A stretch of 64,000 bases of DNA from NCBI GenBank assembly GCA_035063585.1, contig JAPSGB010000014.1, positions 1-64,000 on the forward strand. The letters are read 5' to 3'. Below are positions 37,624 to 46,981 of the stretch, piece after piece. The notes under the pieces were generated by a model that was not told where the DNA came from, searched no databases, and saw only the letters and a list, made by a program, of their open reading frames with translations. Numbering within the stretch: the first letter of the stretch is position 1; the number at the start of each line of letters is the position of its first letter. This DNA comes from Polyangiaceae bacterium (lineage in GTDB: Bacteria > Myxococcota_A > Polyangia > Polyangiales > Polyangiaceae). Both the position numbers and the translations under genes were made by a program.

Positions 37624-38430
37624 TCAGGCCGGACGCGGCGCGAGCCCGAGCAGGCTCGCGAGGCGATCGGGCCGGTCCGTCATGAGCCCATCGACTCCGA
37701 GCTCGATGAGGCGGCGCATCTCGCTAGGATGGTCGATCGTCCATACGTGGACGTGCAGCCCCTGGGCGTGCGCGGCCTCGATGAAGCGCCGATCGACCAC
37801 GGTGAGCCCGAGGTGTCGCGCGGGCACCTGGAGGACGTCATACGAGATCGGGAGATGACGGGTGAGCCCCGCTCGCGCGGCGGCCCAGAAGCGGAGCACG
37901 CCGCGCACGCCCGGCGAGCGCGCGACCCGCCCGCACGAGAGCGCGTCGAACTCGCGCCCGAGCGCGTCGTCTCCAGCCGCGACCAGGATGCGGTCGTGGA
38001 GCCGGTGGCGCTCGATGAGCGCCCACAGCGCGCGGGCCATGCTCGGCGAGCCTTGCTTGATTTCGACGTTGAAGTTCACGTTCGGGAACCGCTCGATGAC
38101 CTCCTCGAAGGAGGGGATGCGGAGCCCTTGGTTTCGATATGGAAAGGTGCGCCCGTCGGGTGTGAAGCGGTACCCGGCGTCGGCGCGCGACAGCTCGCCG
38201 AACGTGAGCTCGTCGACGCTCCCGGTCGAGTCCGTCGTTCGATCGATGCGCGCGTCGTGGTGGAGGACCACCACCCCGTCGCAGGTGAGGTGCGCGTCCG
38301 TCTCGAGGTAGTCGAAGCCGAGGCCGACCGCGCCCTCGAAGGCCTCGAGGGTGTTCTCGGGCCAGAGCTTGGAGCCGCCTCGGTGCGCGAAGGCGAGGGG
38401 ACGCGCACCCCGGAGGAACGGTCGCTGCAT
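37624..38430 (-). CDS. Glycerophosphodiester phosphodiesterase
   Basis: AHRGG, PENT, ETD, HHD, NVEIK, HVWTID, MTDRP. Confidence 0.9.
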   Translation of the reverse strand: MQRPFLRGARPLAFAHRGGSKLWPENTLEAFEGAVGLGFDYLETDAHLTCDGVVVLHHDARIDRTTDSTGSVDELTFGELSRADAGYRFTPDGRTFPYRNQGLRIPSFEEVIERFPNVNFNVEIKQGSPSMARALWALIERHRLHDRILVAAGDDALGREFDALSCGRVARSPGVRGVLRFWAAARAGLTRHLPISYDVLQVPARHLGLTVVDRRFIEAAHAQGLHVHVWTIDHPSEMRRLIELGVDGLMTDRPDRLASLLGLAPRPA

Positions 38431-40055
38431 CACGACCTCGCGCGGCGCCCGCGCTCGTGTCGTCGTAGGAGCGCGAGCCCGAGCCCGGCGAGCGCGAGCG
38501 GCGCGAGCGGCGCGCGCTCGCGGCTCCGCGGTACCGCGCACGAGCAGCCGCCGTCGTCGCCGCTCGAGCCCTTCGCAGGAAGCGCGCCGGCATCGGCGCC
38601 GCCGACGCCGCTCGCGCCGCTCGCGCCGCCGCTCGCGCCACCGTCATCGCTGATCCAGCCACCCCCGGCCGCGCCACCGCTCGCGGTCGAGCCCGCGACG
38701 CCGGCCGCGCCGCCCAGGCCAGTGGCTCCCGCGGAGCCGCCGGTGCCGGCCGCCACATGGCACACGTCATCGGTCCCGATCGGCATCGACTCGCAGCCCG
38801 CGGTGCACTCGCCCTTCTCGAGGGTGCCCGCGTTGCAGCGCCACGCTTGCGTCTTGTCGGTGGTGCAGTTCCAGAGGGGCCAGGCGTCGTTGCATTTGCA
38901 GCTCGAGCCGAGGCGCTCCATGTATTGACACCATTGCCAATGATACCCGGGGTCGGTGTGGTTGCCGGAGCCGCCGTAGTCCGCGCTCGACTCGCAGGCG
39001 TCGAGGCCGAGGCCGCACGGCGGGGAGCACTCCGCGATGCGATCGCCGTTCGGCATCTGGTAGTGCCCGACCACGTGGTCGCGATCGAGCGGGATCGCCC
39101 AGCGCGTAGCGATGCTCTTCACCATCTCGACGCTCTTCGCGTAGAGCGCGTCCGAGTACCCGGCGGGATCCGACGCGACGCCGACGTGCTCGATGCCGAT
39201 GCTGTGCTTGTTGTAGCAGTAGTTGCCCGCGTGCCACGCGGTGTACGTCTCCGGGACGAACTGGCCCCAGCGCGAGCCGTCGGCGTCGATGATGTAGTGC
39301 ACGCTCTTGCCGCTGTCGTACTGCAAGGTGGCCACCGACGCGTTCCAGCCGCCCTCGGTGTCGTGGATGACCACGGTGTCCACCGCGGCGTTGCCGTCGG
39401 GCCGGTTGGTGTTGCACTTGTTCGTGCAGCTCGTGTCGAACCACTCCGAGCCCGGGAAATCCGGCGTGGCGAGCGGCGCCGCTCGCGGCGGGGCGATGGT
39501 GAGCCCGAGCGGGATCTCCGGGTGCGCGGCGATGACGACCGCCTCGCCGTCGCGCGCCGGAAAGCTGCCGCCGTACCGCAAGAGGGAATATACCCGCGCC
39601 ACGTACTCACCGGGATCGGCGAGCCCCGACAGCTTCGCGATGGCGTCTCGCCAGCTCGCGAGCTGGTCGTCTCCAGTGGGGCCGAGCGTCGCGAGCACTC
39701 GCACCCCGGCCTCGGTGCCGAGCTCGGTGTCGGCCGAGAGCGCGGCCTCGGTCATGCCCATCAGCGAGGCGCCGAGCGCGAGGGTATCGAGCTTGCCGTG
39801 CCGGAGCTCGAGGATGCCGGCGATCGGGACCAGATCCGCCGGTGAGACGACGCGGTACTTCGGCAGCGTGAGCCCCGTCTCCTCGACCGCGATCGCCAGC
39901 ACCAGATCCCGTGGGACGCCGTGACGCCGGGCGAGCGCGTCCACCCGTCTTCCGACTGGGCCGGTGCTCTCCGGCGGAGCCGCCGGCCCCGAGCAAGCGC
40001 TCGCCCCGAGCGTCACCGCGACCACCGCCAGCCATGGGAGCCGTACCCGAGCCAT
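38430..40055 (-). CDS. N-acetylmuramoyl-L-alanine amidase (Amidase_2) with lipobox and MYXO-CTERM
   Basis: ASAC lipobox, VVIHDTEG, SVHY, AWHAGN, SIGIEH, GHY, HTDPG. C-terminal GGCSC...hydrophobic...RR. Confidence 0.85.
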   Translation of the reverse strand: MARVRLPWLAVVAVTLGASACSGPAAPPESTGPVGRRVDALARRHGVPRDLVLAIAVEETGLTLPKYRVVSPADLVPIAGILELRHGKLDTLALGASLMGMTEAALSADTELGTEAGVRVLATLGPTGDDQLASWRDAIAKLSGLADPGEYVARVYSLLRYGGSFPARDGEAVVIAAHPEIPLGLTIAPPRAAPLATPDFPGSEWFDTSCTNKCNTNRPDGNAAVDTVVIHDTEGGWNASVATLQYDSGKSVHYIIDADGSRWGQFVPETYTAWHAGNYCYNKHSIGIEHVGVASDPAGYSDALYAKSVEMVKSIATRWAIPLDRDHVVGHYQMPNGDRIAECSPPCGLGLDACESSADYGGSGNHTDPGYHWQWCQYMERLGSSCKCNDAWPLWNCTTDKTQAWRCNAGTLEKGECTAGCESMPIGTDDVCHVAAGTGGSAGATGLGGAAGVAGSTASGGAAGGGWISDDGGASGGASGASGVGGADAGALPAKGSSGDDGGCSCAVPRSRERAPLAPLALAGLGLALLRRHERGRRARS

Positions 40056-40155
40056 GGCGAATGGTACCCCTACTCGGCGCGCGCGTGAAATGGTCGCGAC
40101 GGCGTGGCGAGCCGAGGCGTGGACGCAGAGTGAACGTCGGGGCAAGCTCACGCGC

Positions 40156-41028
40156 ATGAGAAGGCGGCTCGCGCACGCGTTCGCGCTGCTCGGAGGCGTG
40201 GCGCTCGCCGTGGCGTGCGGCTCGACTGATGAGGCTCCTGATGGTGCCGGCGCGGCCGGCGGCGCGGCTGGCCAGGGCGGAGCTCCGGGCGGCGCGGCCG
40301 GGCTCGCGGGCGCGTCGGATGCCGGGGACGCGAGCGAGGCGGGCGCCGCGGGCGACGATGGCGCCGCGGACGCGCCGTCCGCCGATGCCTCTCCGTGCCC
40401 GGCGGACATGGCCGAGGTCGACACGTTCTGCATCGACCGCTACGAGGCGCCCAACGTCGCGGGTGAGCTGCCGCTCGTCATGCTCTCCTTCGACGAGGCG
40501 GCCGCGTGGTGCGCCGCGCGCGAGAGACGCCTCTGCTTCGACGATGAATGGACGACGACCTGCGAGGGCCCGAAAGAGACCGCATATCCCTACGGCGACA
40601 CGCGCGTGCCGGGTCGCTGCAGGGACGACGCGACCTGGCTCGCCTACGACCAGGAGCGGTTGAATGGCTGGCCGTGGTCCCTGCAGACCGCCGCCATCGA
40701 GCGACTGCCGGAGCTCTTCGCCGCAGCGCGCGCGGTGAGCGCCGCGGGAGCGACCGCGGTCTCCGAGGTCGAGCGGCTCTATCAGGCGAGCCCGTCGGGC
40801 GCGAAGGCCGGCTGCGTGGGCGATGACCAGGTGTTCGACCTGACCGGCAACGTAGAGGAGTGGACGCGGCGCCGCGACGGCGGCGAGCCGAGCTTCCATG
40901 GGAGCTTGAAGGGCCGGTACTGGGCAGAGGCGCGCACCTGCCAGAGCTCGGTCAAGGTGCACGGGGACGCCTTCCGGTTCTACGAGATTGGGTTCCGCTG
41001 CTGCGCGGACGCGCTCCGGGGCGACTGA
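40156..41028 (+). CDS. SUMF1/FGE-sulfatase domain lipoprotein
   Basis: AVAC lipobox, CPADM, FCIDRYE, DLTGNVEEW, IGFRCC. Confidence 0.85.
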   Translation: MRRRLAHAFALLGGVALAVACGSTDEAPDGAGAAGGAAGQGGAPGGAAGLAGASDAGDASEAGAAGDDGAADAPSADASPCPADMAEVDTFCIDRYEAPNVAGELPLVMLSFDEAAAWCAARERRLCFDDEWTTTCEGPKETAYPYGDTRVPGRCRDDATWLAYDQERLNGWPWSLQTAAIERLPELFAAARAVSAAGATAVSEVERLYQASPSGAKAGCVGDDQVFDLTGNVEEWTRRRDGGEPSFHGSLKGRYWAEARTCQSSVKVHGDAFRFYEIGFRCCADALRGD

Positions 41029-41047
41029 GCGAGGCGGCGCGCGCGGC

Positions 41048-42532
41048 TCAGCCCGCGTAGACTTCGTCTTGCTCGATGCGCGAGAGCACCCAGTCGAAGT
41101 CCCCGCTCGTGATCTTGGCCTGGCAGTAGCCGCAGTGGCCGGCCATGCTCACGGCGAGGGGCGCGCCGCAGTTTGGGCAGACCAGATCGCTTCGAGGCGG
41201 CCCCTTGCGGTTGGTGCCGCGGATGAGCGTCCAGTATTCGGTGTAGGCGCGCTCCTTGGTGCGGCTCCCCGAGACGACGCGGCCGTCATCGTCGACGGTG
41301 TAGTCGAGCCCGGTCGCGAAGAGGCGGAAGGTGATGGCGTCGAAGTAAGGATCCGAGCTCACCTTCACGAGCTCGAGGCGCATGATGCGCGCCCGCTCGG
41401 TGAGGTTGCGGAGGTGCTGCGCGAGGTACGCCGAGACCCAGTAGGCCTGGGTCGCGAACAGCGGATCGCTCATGAACGGCCGCATCGGCGCGAGCTCGCG
41501 CGCCGTCCACGCGCGCTGGAACTGCTCGAAGATGACCCCGACGCGCGTCTGCGCGGCCCCGACGTCGAAGGACGGATCCTTCGCCTGGAGCGCCTGCAAG
41601 GCTTCCCGGAGTCCGGGATCGTAGATGGTCGGGGCATCATTGCCTCGCTCGGCCACGTTCGTCGTCAGCATGGGGCCGCGGTTCTCGCGCGAGAGCACCT
41701 GGATGTGCTGTACGAGCCAGTCGAACGCGCCGCTATTGACCTGCTGGCGGCAATAGCTGCACTGCCCGCCGAAGAGCGCCTCGACCGGCGCGCCGCAGCT
41801 CGGACAGCCGAGCATCCCGACCCGGTCGGGTGTGCGCGAGCGCGCGCCCGGGCCGCGCGCGAGCGTCCACCGCTCGACCGCGTAGACCCCCTTGCCGGCC
41901 TCGGTGTAGTTCGCCTCGACGTTGAGCGTCACGCGGCTCCCGCTCGGCCCGACCTCCACCGCGACCGGCGTCATCGCGCCGATGATCACCGACTCGACCG
42001 GACCGGCGGGCAGCGCGCGGAGCGTGGTCATCGCCTCCGCGGACAGATAGGCCGACATGCGGTCGAGCGGCGCGCCGGGCAGCCCGCGCGTGCGCGCCAC
42101 CTCGGCGTAGAGCCCGTACACGAAGTCCTCGAACACGACCCGAGAGAAGCCGGGGTCGGCGGTGCGGAGCGTGTCGAACGATGGCGCTCGCGTCGGAGGC
42201 GCCGCGACGCCGGGATCCCCGCCCGAGCTCCAGTCCTTCTGCCTCCGCTCCTTGAGCTTCTGGAAGATGAGGATGCCGCCTACGATGAAGAGGAGCGGCA
42301 CGCCGATCGTCGGGTGCTCGAAGGCGAGCACCACGAGCGCGATGACGAGGTCGGCGCCACCGTCACCGCCGCCCGACGAGCTGCTCCCACCTCCCGAGAA
42401 CGACTGCCCACCTCCCGGCCGCGCGAGCGCGGTAGCCGCGAGGGAGAGGACGAGGAGCGTGCTCGCGAGGAGCAGCGCCCTGCGGACCAAGCGTGCAGCG
42501 CGGTCGCCTCGGAGTGTTCGCCGCGCGCTCAC
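41048..42532 (-). CDS. Membrane protein with duplicated Tim44-like + zinc-ribbon modules
   Basis: ARPGGGQSF leader, TM, two copies of DP.F...E.WTL.RG...CPxCGAP...CxYC...FDW. Confidence 0.75.
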   Translation of the reverse strand: MSARRTLRGDRAARLVRRALLLASTLLVLSLAATALARPGGGQSFSGGGSSSSGGGDGGADLVIALVVLAFEHPTIGVPLLFIVGGILIFQKLKERRQKDWSSGGDPGVAAPPTRAPSFDTLRTADPGFSRVVFEDFVYGLYAEVARTRGLPGAPLDRMSAYLSAEAMTTLRALPAGPVESVIIGAMTPVAVEVGPSGSRVTLNVEANYTEAGKGVYAVERWTLARGPGARSRTPDRVGMLGCPSCGAPVEALFGGQCSYCRQQVNSGAFDWLVQHIQVLSRENRGPMLTTNVAERGNDAPTIYDPGLREALQALQAKDPSFDVGAAQTRVGVIFEQFQRAWTARELAPMRPFMSDPLFATQAYWVSAYLAQHLRNLTERARIMRLELVKVSSDPYFDAITFRLFATGLDYTVDDDGRVVSGSRTKERAYTEYWTLIRGTNRKGPPRSDLVCPNCGAPLAVSMAGHCGYCQAKITSGDFDWVLSRIEQDEVYAG

Positions 42533-43161
42533 GCGACCTCCGCGTCGTCGGGGAGCTCATTGATGTCGTCTTCCTGCCGCGGGAGCGCGGGGGCGAGCGC
42601 CGGGCCGAGCGCCTCGAGCGCGGCCGCGAACTGGTCGAGCTTCGGCGAGGCGCGCGAGATGGAGCGCTCGAGCGCCAGGACCGCCTGCTCGTAAGCCGCG
42701 CCGAGCGCCTTCCGGTCGACGCCGACATCTTCAATCACCGCGATCTCGCGCTCGTAGAGCGCGACCAGCACCAGGATCCCGGTGCGCCCGCTGGTCTTGC
42801 CGATCCCCATCTTGAAGAACGCCTCGCAACCGGCGGCGCGGGCGCTCGCCCGCCGCCGCGCCCGCGAGACGAGCGCGCGGCGGAGCCAGGGGATTTGTGA
42901 CGAGAGGAGCGCGCCCACCCCGAAGGCGACCGCGACGTCGAGCGGGATGTACGGGGTCGAGAACTCGGTGTCGGCGAAGATGAGGACCAGCAGCGTGGCG
43001 AGCGCGACGACCGCCCCCGCCGCGAGATCCACGTCCCGATACTGACCGGTCCGTCGCCGCACGGCGACTACTACCTCCGCCGAGGTCAGCGCCTCGACGT
43101 TTGCAACGCCGTGCTTGACGCGCGCGCGCGCCGCGTCGTCGAAGAACTCACGGACGGCCAT
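42529..43161 (-). CDS. TPM-domain membrane protein
   Basis: VEALTSAEVVV, two TM, RTGILV, DINELPD. Coupled to the Tim44 gene. Confidence 0.78.
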   Translation of the reverse strand: MAVREFFDDAARARVKHGVANVEALTSAEVVVAVRRRTGQYRDVDLAAGAVVALATLLVLIFADTEFSTPYIPLDVAVAFGVGALLSSQIPWLRRALVSRARRRASARAAGCEAFFKMGIGKTSGRTGILVLVALYEREIAVIEDVGVDRKALGAAYEQAVLALERSISRASPKLDQFAAALEALGPALAPALPRQEDDINELPDDAEVA

Positions 43162-43235
43162 GATCGGCGCCGAGTCTACCCGAGCTTTCTTTGCTCCGGG
43201 GAGGAAAGCGCGCGCCGCCCGCCCGCGGCGGCGGG

Positions 43236-43560
43236 CGGTCACGGCGTCGTGCATCGCGGCCCACTTCTGGACGGCCTCGCGGCGGCGAAGTTGCGTGCCC
43301 TCGACGTTGCCCCCGCCGCGCTGCCACGCGCGATGAAGCTCCTCGATGCGCCAGCGGCATCTGTACTCGAAGGCGACGTCGAGGACCCGCTCGAGCGCGT
43401 CGACAGGGGAGGTCGTCGGCAGCATCCATCGCAGCGAGCCGGTCTTGGGATCGTGCATTTTCGTCGCGAGCACGGCGTCGAGCGGGTCCGTCTCGCGGCG
43501 CTTCGCCCCTACCTCCAGGATGACCGCGACTGGCCTCGCGCGCGCCCCCGCCTACCGGCC
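43236..43560 (-). pseudogene. Degenerate IS4-family (IS50/Tn5-like) transposase fragment; boundaries approximate
   Basis: LRWMLPTT...YRCRWRIEELHRAWQRG...VE: Y-x2-R-W-x-I-E signature. No N-terminal part and no inverted repeats seen. Confidence 0.65.
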
Positions 43561-43822
43561 ACGCGTGCGGGCAGCTCGAGTGAGTACGCTCCGCGCGCCG
43601 GGGATCGTTCGAGCTCGCCGGTGAAATACCGCTCTACGGAAGGCAACGCGCTCGCGAGCATCACCCTTGGCGCACAGACGCAGCCAGAGCGGCCGGTGGG
43701 CGCCTACCCCGAGCCGTCGAGCTGCCCCAAGGTGGAGTGAGTCGAAGCGCGGTAATCTCGCGGGGCTCGCGAGAGGGAAGGTGCGCCGCACCTCGAAACG
43801 TACATCGTGAGGGAGGCTCAGC

Positions 43823-45283
43823 ATGAGTGAGAGGCCGTCGCTCGCCATTCCAGTAATGACCGCGATCTTCCTCGCCGCGAGCGGTTGCACGCCGAGCGAA
43901 CCGTCCGACTCCGGGACGGGCGGCGGAGCGGGTTGGGGCGGATTTCCGGGTACGGGCGGAAACGCGGGCACCGGTGGGACTCCGGGCACCGGTGGGACTC
44001 CGGGCACCGGTGGGACTCCGGGCACCGGTGGGACTCCGGGCACCGGTGGGACTCCGGGCACCGGTGGGACTCCGGGCACCGTCACGATCGACGAGCTCGG
44101 CTTCTCGTCGCCCGATCTCGCGATCTCGAGCGACGGCGTCGCGCACCTCGTCTACTACTCCGGGTTTGCTCCAGCGAAGCTCTTCTACGCCGAATGCAAG
44201 ACGAACTGCGGCTCGCGAGCTGGGTGGACGACCACCGAGCTCGATGAGTCCTACTTCGTGCACGAGCCAAAGATCGCGACGGGCCCGGACGGGCTCACCC
44301 ATCTCGTGTGGGGGCGGAGCGTGAGCGCGCTCGGCAGCGACCAAGTGTACTACGCTAGCTGCGCCGGAAACTGCGCCGCGGAGTCGAGCTGGACGGGGGG
44401 CGACATCTCCACGGCGAGCCTCGGAGGCCGCTTGGATCCGCTCGGCTCGCGGTTGACGGTCGGCAACGACGGGCGCGTGAGCTTCGCGCTCAGCAGCGCG
44501 GGCTCCGGCGGACCGCTCGTCGTGATGACGTGCCAGAGCGGCTGTGAGCAGGCGGCGGCGTGGAGCTCCGGCGGCGTACGTGCCGGCAGCACACGCCTGG
44601 CGACGACCGCCCACGGCAGCACCCTTCACCAGCTCCTCAACGATGACTCGAACGCGCTCGTCTATCGCCGCTGCGACGCCAACTGCGAGGCTCCCGGGAG
44701 CTGGCAAGAATCCGAGCGGCTCTTCTGGCATAGCGGGCGGACCCCGACCGCGGTCGCCGTCTCGGGCTCCGGCGTCGTCTACGCGGCGTTCAATCAGGGG
44801 TTGCTCGGCTCGAGCGAGCCCGAGGCCGCGCCAGGCGACGGTCGGCTCTTCGTCGAGCGCTGCGCGAGCGACTGCATGAGGCCGTCAGGTTGGACCGGGC
44901 TCATGATGGGGCCGGACGGCGAAGGCGCGGACGGCCTGTCGATGGTAACGGCGGGAGAGGCTGTCGTCCTCTCGGCGTCGCGCGTGGGCACGGTCACGAT
45001 GTGGGCCTGCGCGGATGACTGCGCGGACGGGGCGTCATGGGCTGCCGGCCCGATCGATGACTCGCAGGCGATCGCCAGTCAGTGGGATCCTTACGTCCTG
45101 GCTGCCCCATCGTGTTCGGGAGCTCGCCCCTCGTTCGCGGGTTGGTACGCAAATGAGACTGCCGTCGGGATCACGCCCTCCGGGAGCGCGCTCTTCGTCC
45201 ACAAGACCCGCATGCTGGTCGAGTGCGCGGGAGGCGGGATGTCGTACGTGCCCGGCTTCGGCCGGATCGTGTTTCTCCCCTGA
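43823..45283 (+). CDS. Lipoprotein with (GTGGTP)6 linker and six CxxxC-x5-W repeats
   Basis: RBS GGAGG, LAASGC lipobox, repeated Cys/Trp motif. Confidence 0.7.
   Translation: MSERPSLAIPVMTAIFLAASGCTPSEPSDSGTGGGAGWGGFPGTGGNAGTGGTPGTGGTPGTGGTPGTGGTPGTGGTPGTGGTPGTVTIDELGFSSPDLAISSDGVAHLVYYSGFAPAKLFYAECKTNCGSRAGWTTTELDESYFVHEPKIATGPDGLTHLVWGRSVSALGSDQVYYASCAGNCAAESSWTGGDISTASLGGRLDPLGSRLTVGNDGRVSFALSSAGSGGPLVVMTCQSGCEQAAAWSSGGVRAGSTRLATTAHGSTLHQLLNDDSNALVYRRCDANCEAPGSWQESERLFWHSGRTPTAVAVSGSGVVYAAFNQGLLGSSEPEAAPGDGRLFVERCASDCMRPSGWTGLMMGPDGEGADGLSMVTAGEAVVLSASRVGTVTMWACADDCADGASWAAGPIDDSQAIASQWDPYVLAAPSCSGARPSFAGWYANETAVGITPSGSALFVHKTRMLVECAGGGMSYVPGFGRIVFLP
43967..44080 (+). repeat. Perfect 18-bp tandem repeat, 6 copies plus a partial copy
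   Basis: GGCACCGGTGGGACTCCG x6, no spacers. Confidence 0.95.
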
Positions 45284-45446
45284 CGCGCGCGGCTCGCCTC
45301 GACCGGGCTCTGCGCGCCTGCCGATGGCTCGAGGTGACGGGTCGGCGTGGCCGGCGTCGCGGACGCCGCCGTCGCGCTCGGCTCGCCGCTGCGGCTCGCC
45401 CGCGAGCGCTCGCGTCAGGGAGCGCCGTTCGAGGACGAGCACGGAC

Positions 45447-45527
45447 TCGACCGATCGGTCAAGCGGGTGAGAAATTCCTCGCGATCCACGGTCAGCATAG
45501 GGATGCGCGCATTGACCGATCGGTCAA
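45447..45527. promoter_or_regulatory. Pair of 16-bp palindromes (TetR-like operator) between convergent genes
   Basis: TCGACCGATCGGTCAA (45447-45462) and the perfect TTGACCGATCGGTCAA (45512-45527). Confidence 0.5.
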
Positions 45528-46894
45528 ATACGGATCTTCGCCCAGCGACCTCGGGCGAAGATCACGCCGATGATGAGGGTTCGCACCACCCAGTCGACGC
45601 CGCTCGCGATCCACACGCCCTCGAGTCCCAGGCCACGCACGACGCCGAGCCAGTAGAGCGCGCCGACCCGCACCAGGAGCCCGCCCGCGAGCGCCGAGAG
45701 CATCGGTGAGCGTGTGTCGCCCGCGCCGCGCAGCGACTGCGCGAGCACCACCGCCACCGCCATGAACGGCTGCGCCGCGGCGAGCAACGGCAGCGCGCGG
45801 AGCCCGGTCGAGACGAGCGGCGCGCTCGGCTCGCCGCGCGGTACGAATGCGGCAAGGGTGAACGGCGCGGTCGCCCACAAGGCGAGGCCGAGCGCGGTGA
45901 GCACCAGCGCGGCGAGCCCGGCGGCGATGAGCGCGGCCGCGCGGGCCGACTTCTCCGCGTCGCGGCCGAGCGCCTGACCGACCACCGCCGCCGCCGCGAT
46001 GCCGAAGCCATCGGCGCTGAGCCAGCAGATCGACTCGAGCGTGAGCAGCGCCTGGTTGCCAGCCATCACCAGCGCGCCGAGCCGGGAGACGAGCGCCGCG
46101 TAGAGGAGGTAGCCCGCGTGGATGGCGATCCGCTCGAGCAGGGCGGGGGCGCTCACGCGCAGCAAGGCGCGCCGCGCGTCGGCGGCCCGGTCGCCGGCCG
46201 AGCCGAACAATCCCAAGACCGTCACTGGAGCGCCGGGGCGTCGTAGTACCCAGAGCAGGAGCGCGGCCTCGACGCTGAACGCGACCACGCTCGCGGCGGC
46301 GGCACCGGCGACCCCGAAGGCGGGGAGGGTGAGCGGCCCGAGCTTCACCCCGAAGATGAGCACCACGTCCGCGATCACGTGCAGCGCGTTGCTCGCGAGC
46401 CCGATGATGAAGGGGGTCCGCGTGTTGCCCGCGCCATGCATCACCATGGCGGCGGTGGTGGCGAGGAACATCTGGGGGAATCCGAAATAGATGACCCGGA
46501 GATATTCGCGTGACAGCTCGCGCAGGGACTCCGACTCGGGGCCGATCGCGTCGACCAGCGGGCGGAGGAACGCGAGGCCTAGCCCGCCCACGAGCACGCC
46601 GAGCACGAGCGACACGCGGAGCGCGGCGCGCGCGATGTTCGACGCGCGCTCGGGGTCCCGCGCGCCGACCGCGCGCGCGATGAGTGGCACGGTGCCGACG
46701 GTGAGGCCCGCGAACACGTTGAACACCGACCAGACGATGGCGCCTTGCACCTGCATGCTGGCGAGCGCTGGCTCGCTGAAGCGGCCGAGCATCAGCCGAT
46801 CGGTGAGGAAGACCAGCGTCTGGAGGAAGCTGGTCATCACCGCCGGGCCGGTGAGGCGGAGCACCTCGCGGGCGACGCTGCGCGTCTCGGACAT
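45524..46894 (-). CDS. MATE-family efflux transporter
   Basis: About 12 TM, DRLMLG, GAGNTRTP, FGVAGAA, LRGAGDTR, LGLEGVW. Confidence 0.9.
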   Translation of the reverse strand: MSETRSVAREVLRLTGPAVMTSFLQTLVFLTDRLMLGRFSEPALASMQVQGAIVWSVFNVFAGLTVGTVPLIARAVGARDPERASNIARAALRVSLVLGVLVGGLGLAFLRPLVDAIGPESESLRELSREYLRVIYFGFPQMFLATTAAMVMHGAGNTRTPFIIGLASNALHVIADVVLIFGVKLGPLTLPAFGVAGAAAASVVAFSVEAALLLWVLRRPGAPVTVLGLFGSAGDRAADARRALLRVSAPALLERIAIHAGYLLYAALVSRLGALVMAGNQALLTLESICWLSADGFGIAAAAVVGQALGRDAEKSARAAALIAAGLAALVLTALGLALWATAPFTLAAFVPRGEPSAPLVSTGLRALPLLAAAQPFMAVAVVLAQSLRGAGDTRSPMLSALAGGLLVRVGALYWLGVVRGLGLEGVWIASGVDWVVRTLIIGVIFARGRWAKIRI

Positions 46895-46981
46895 GGGGGC
46901 GCGCGAGCATAGCCGAAGCGGCCCGGGGCGCTCGGCGGAGTTCGGCGCGCCCGCTCGTCGTCGAGGGCCCACCGCCGAGCG

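Noticed and set aside
43967..44080. Possible CRISPR array
   Set aside because: The 18-bp units are contiguous with no spacers, lie in frame within a CDS, and there are no cas genes.
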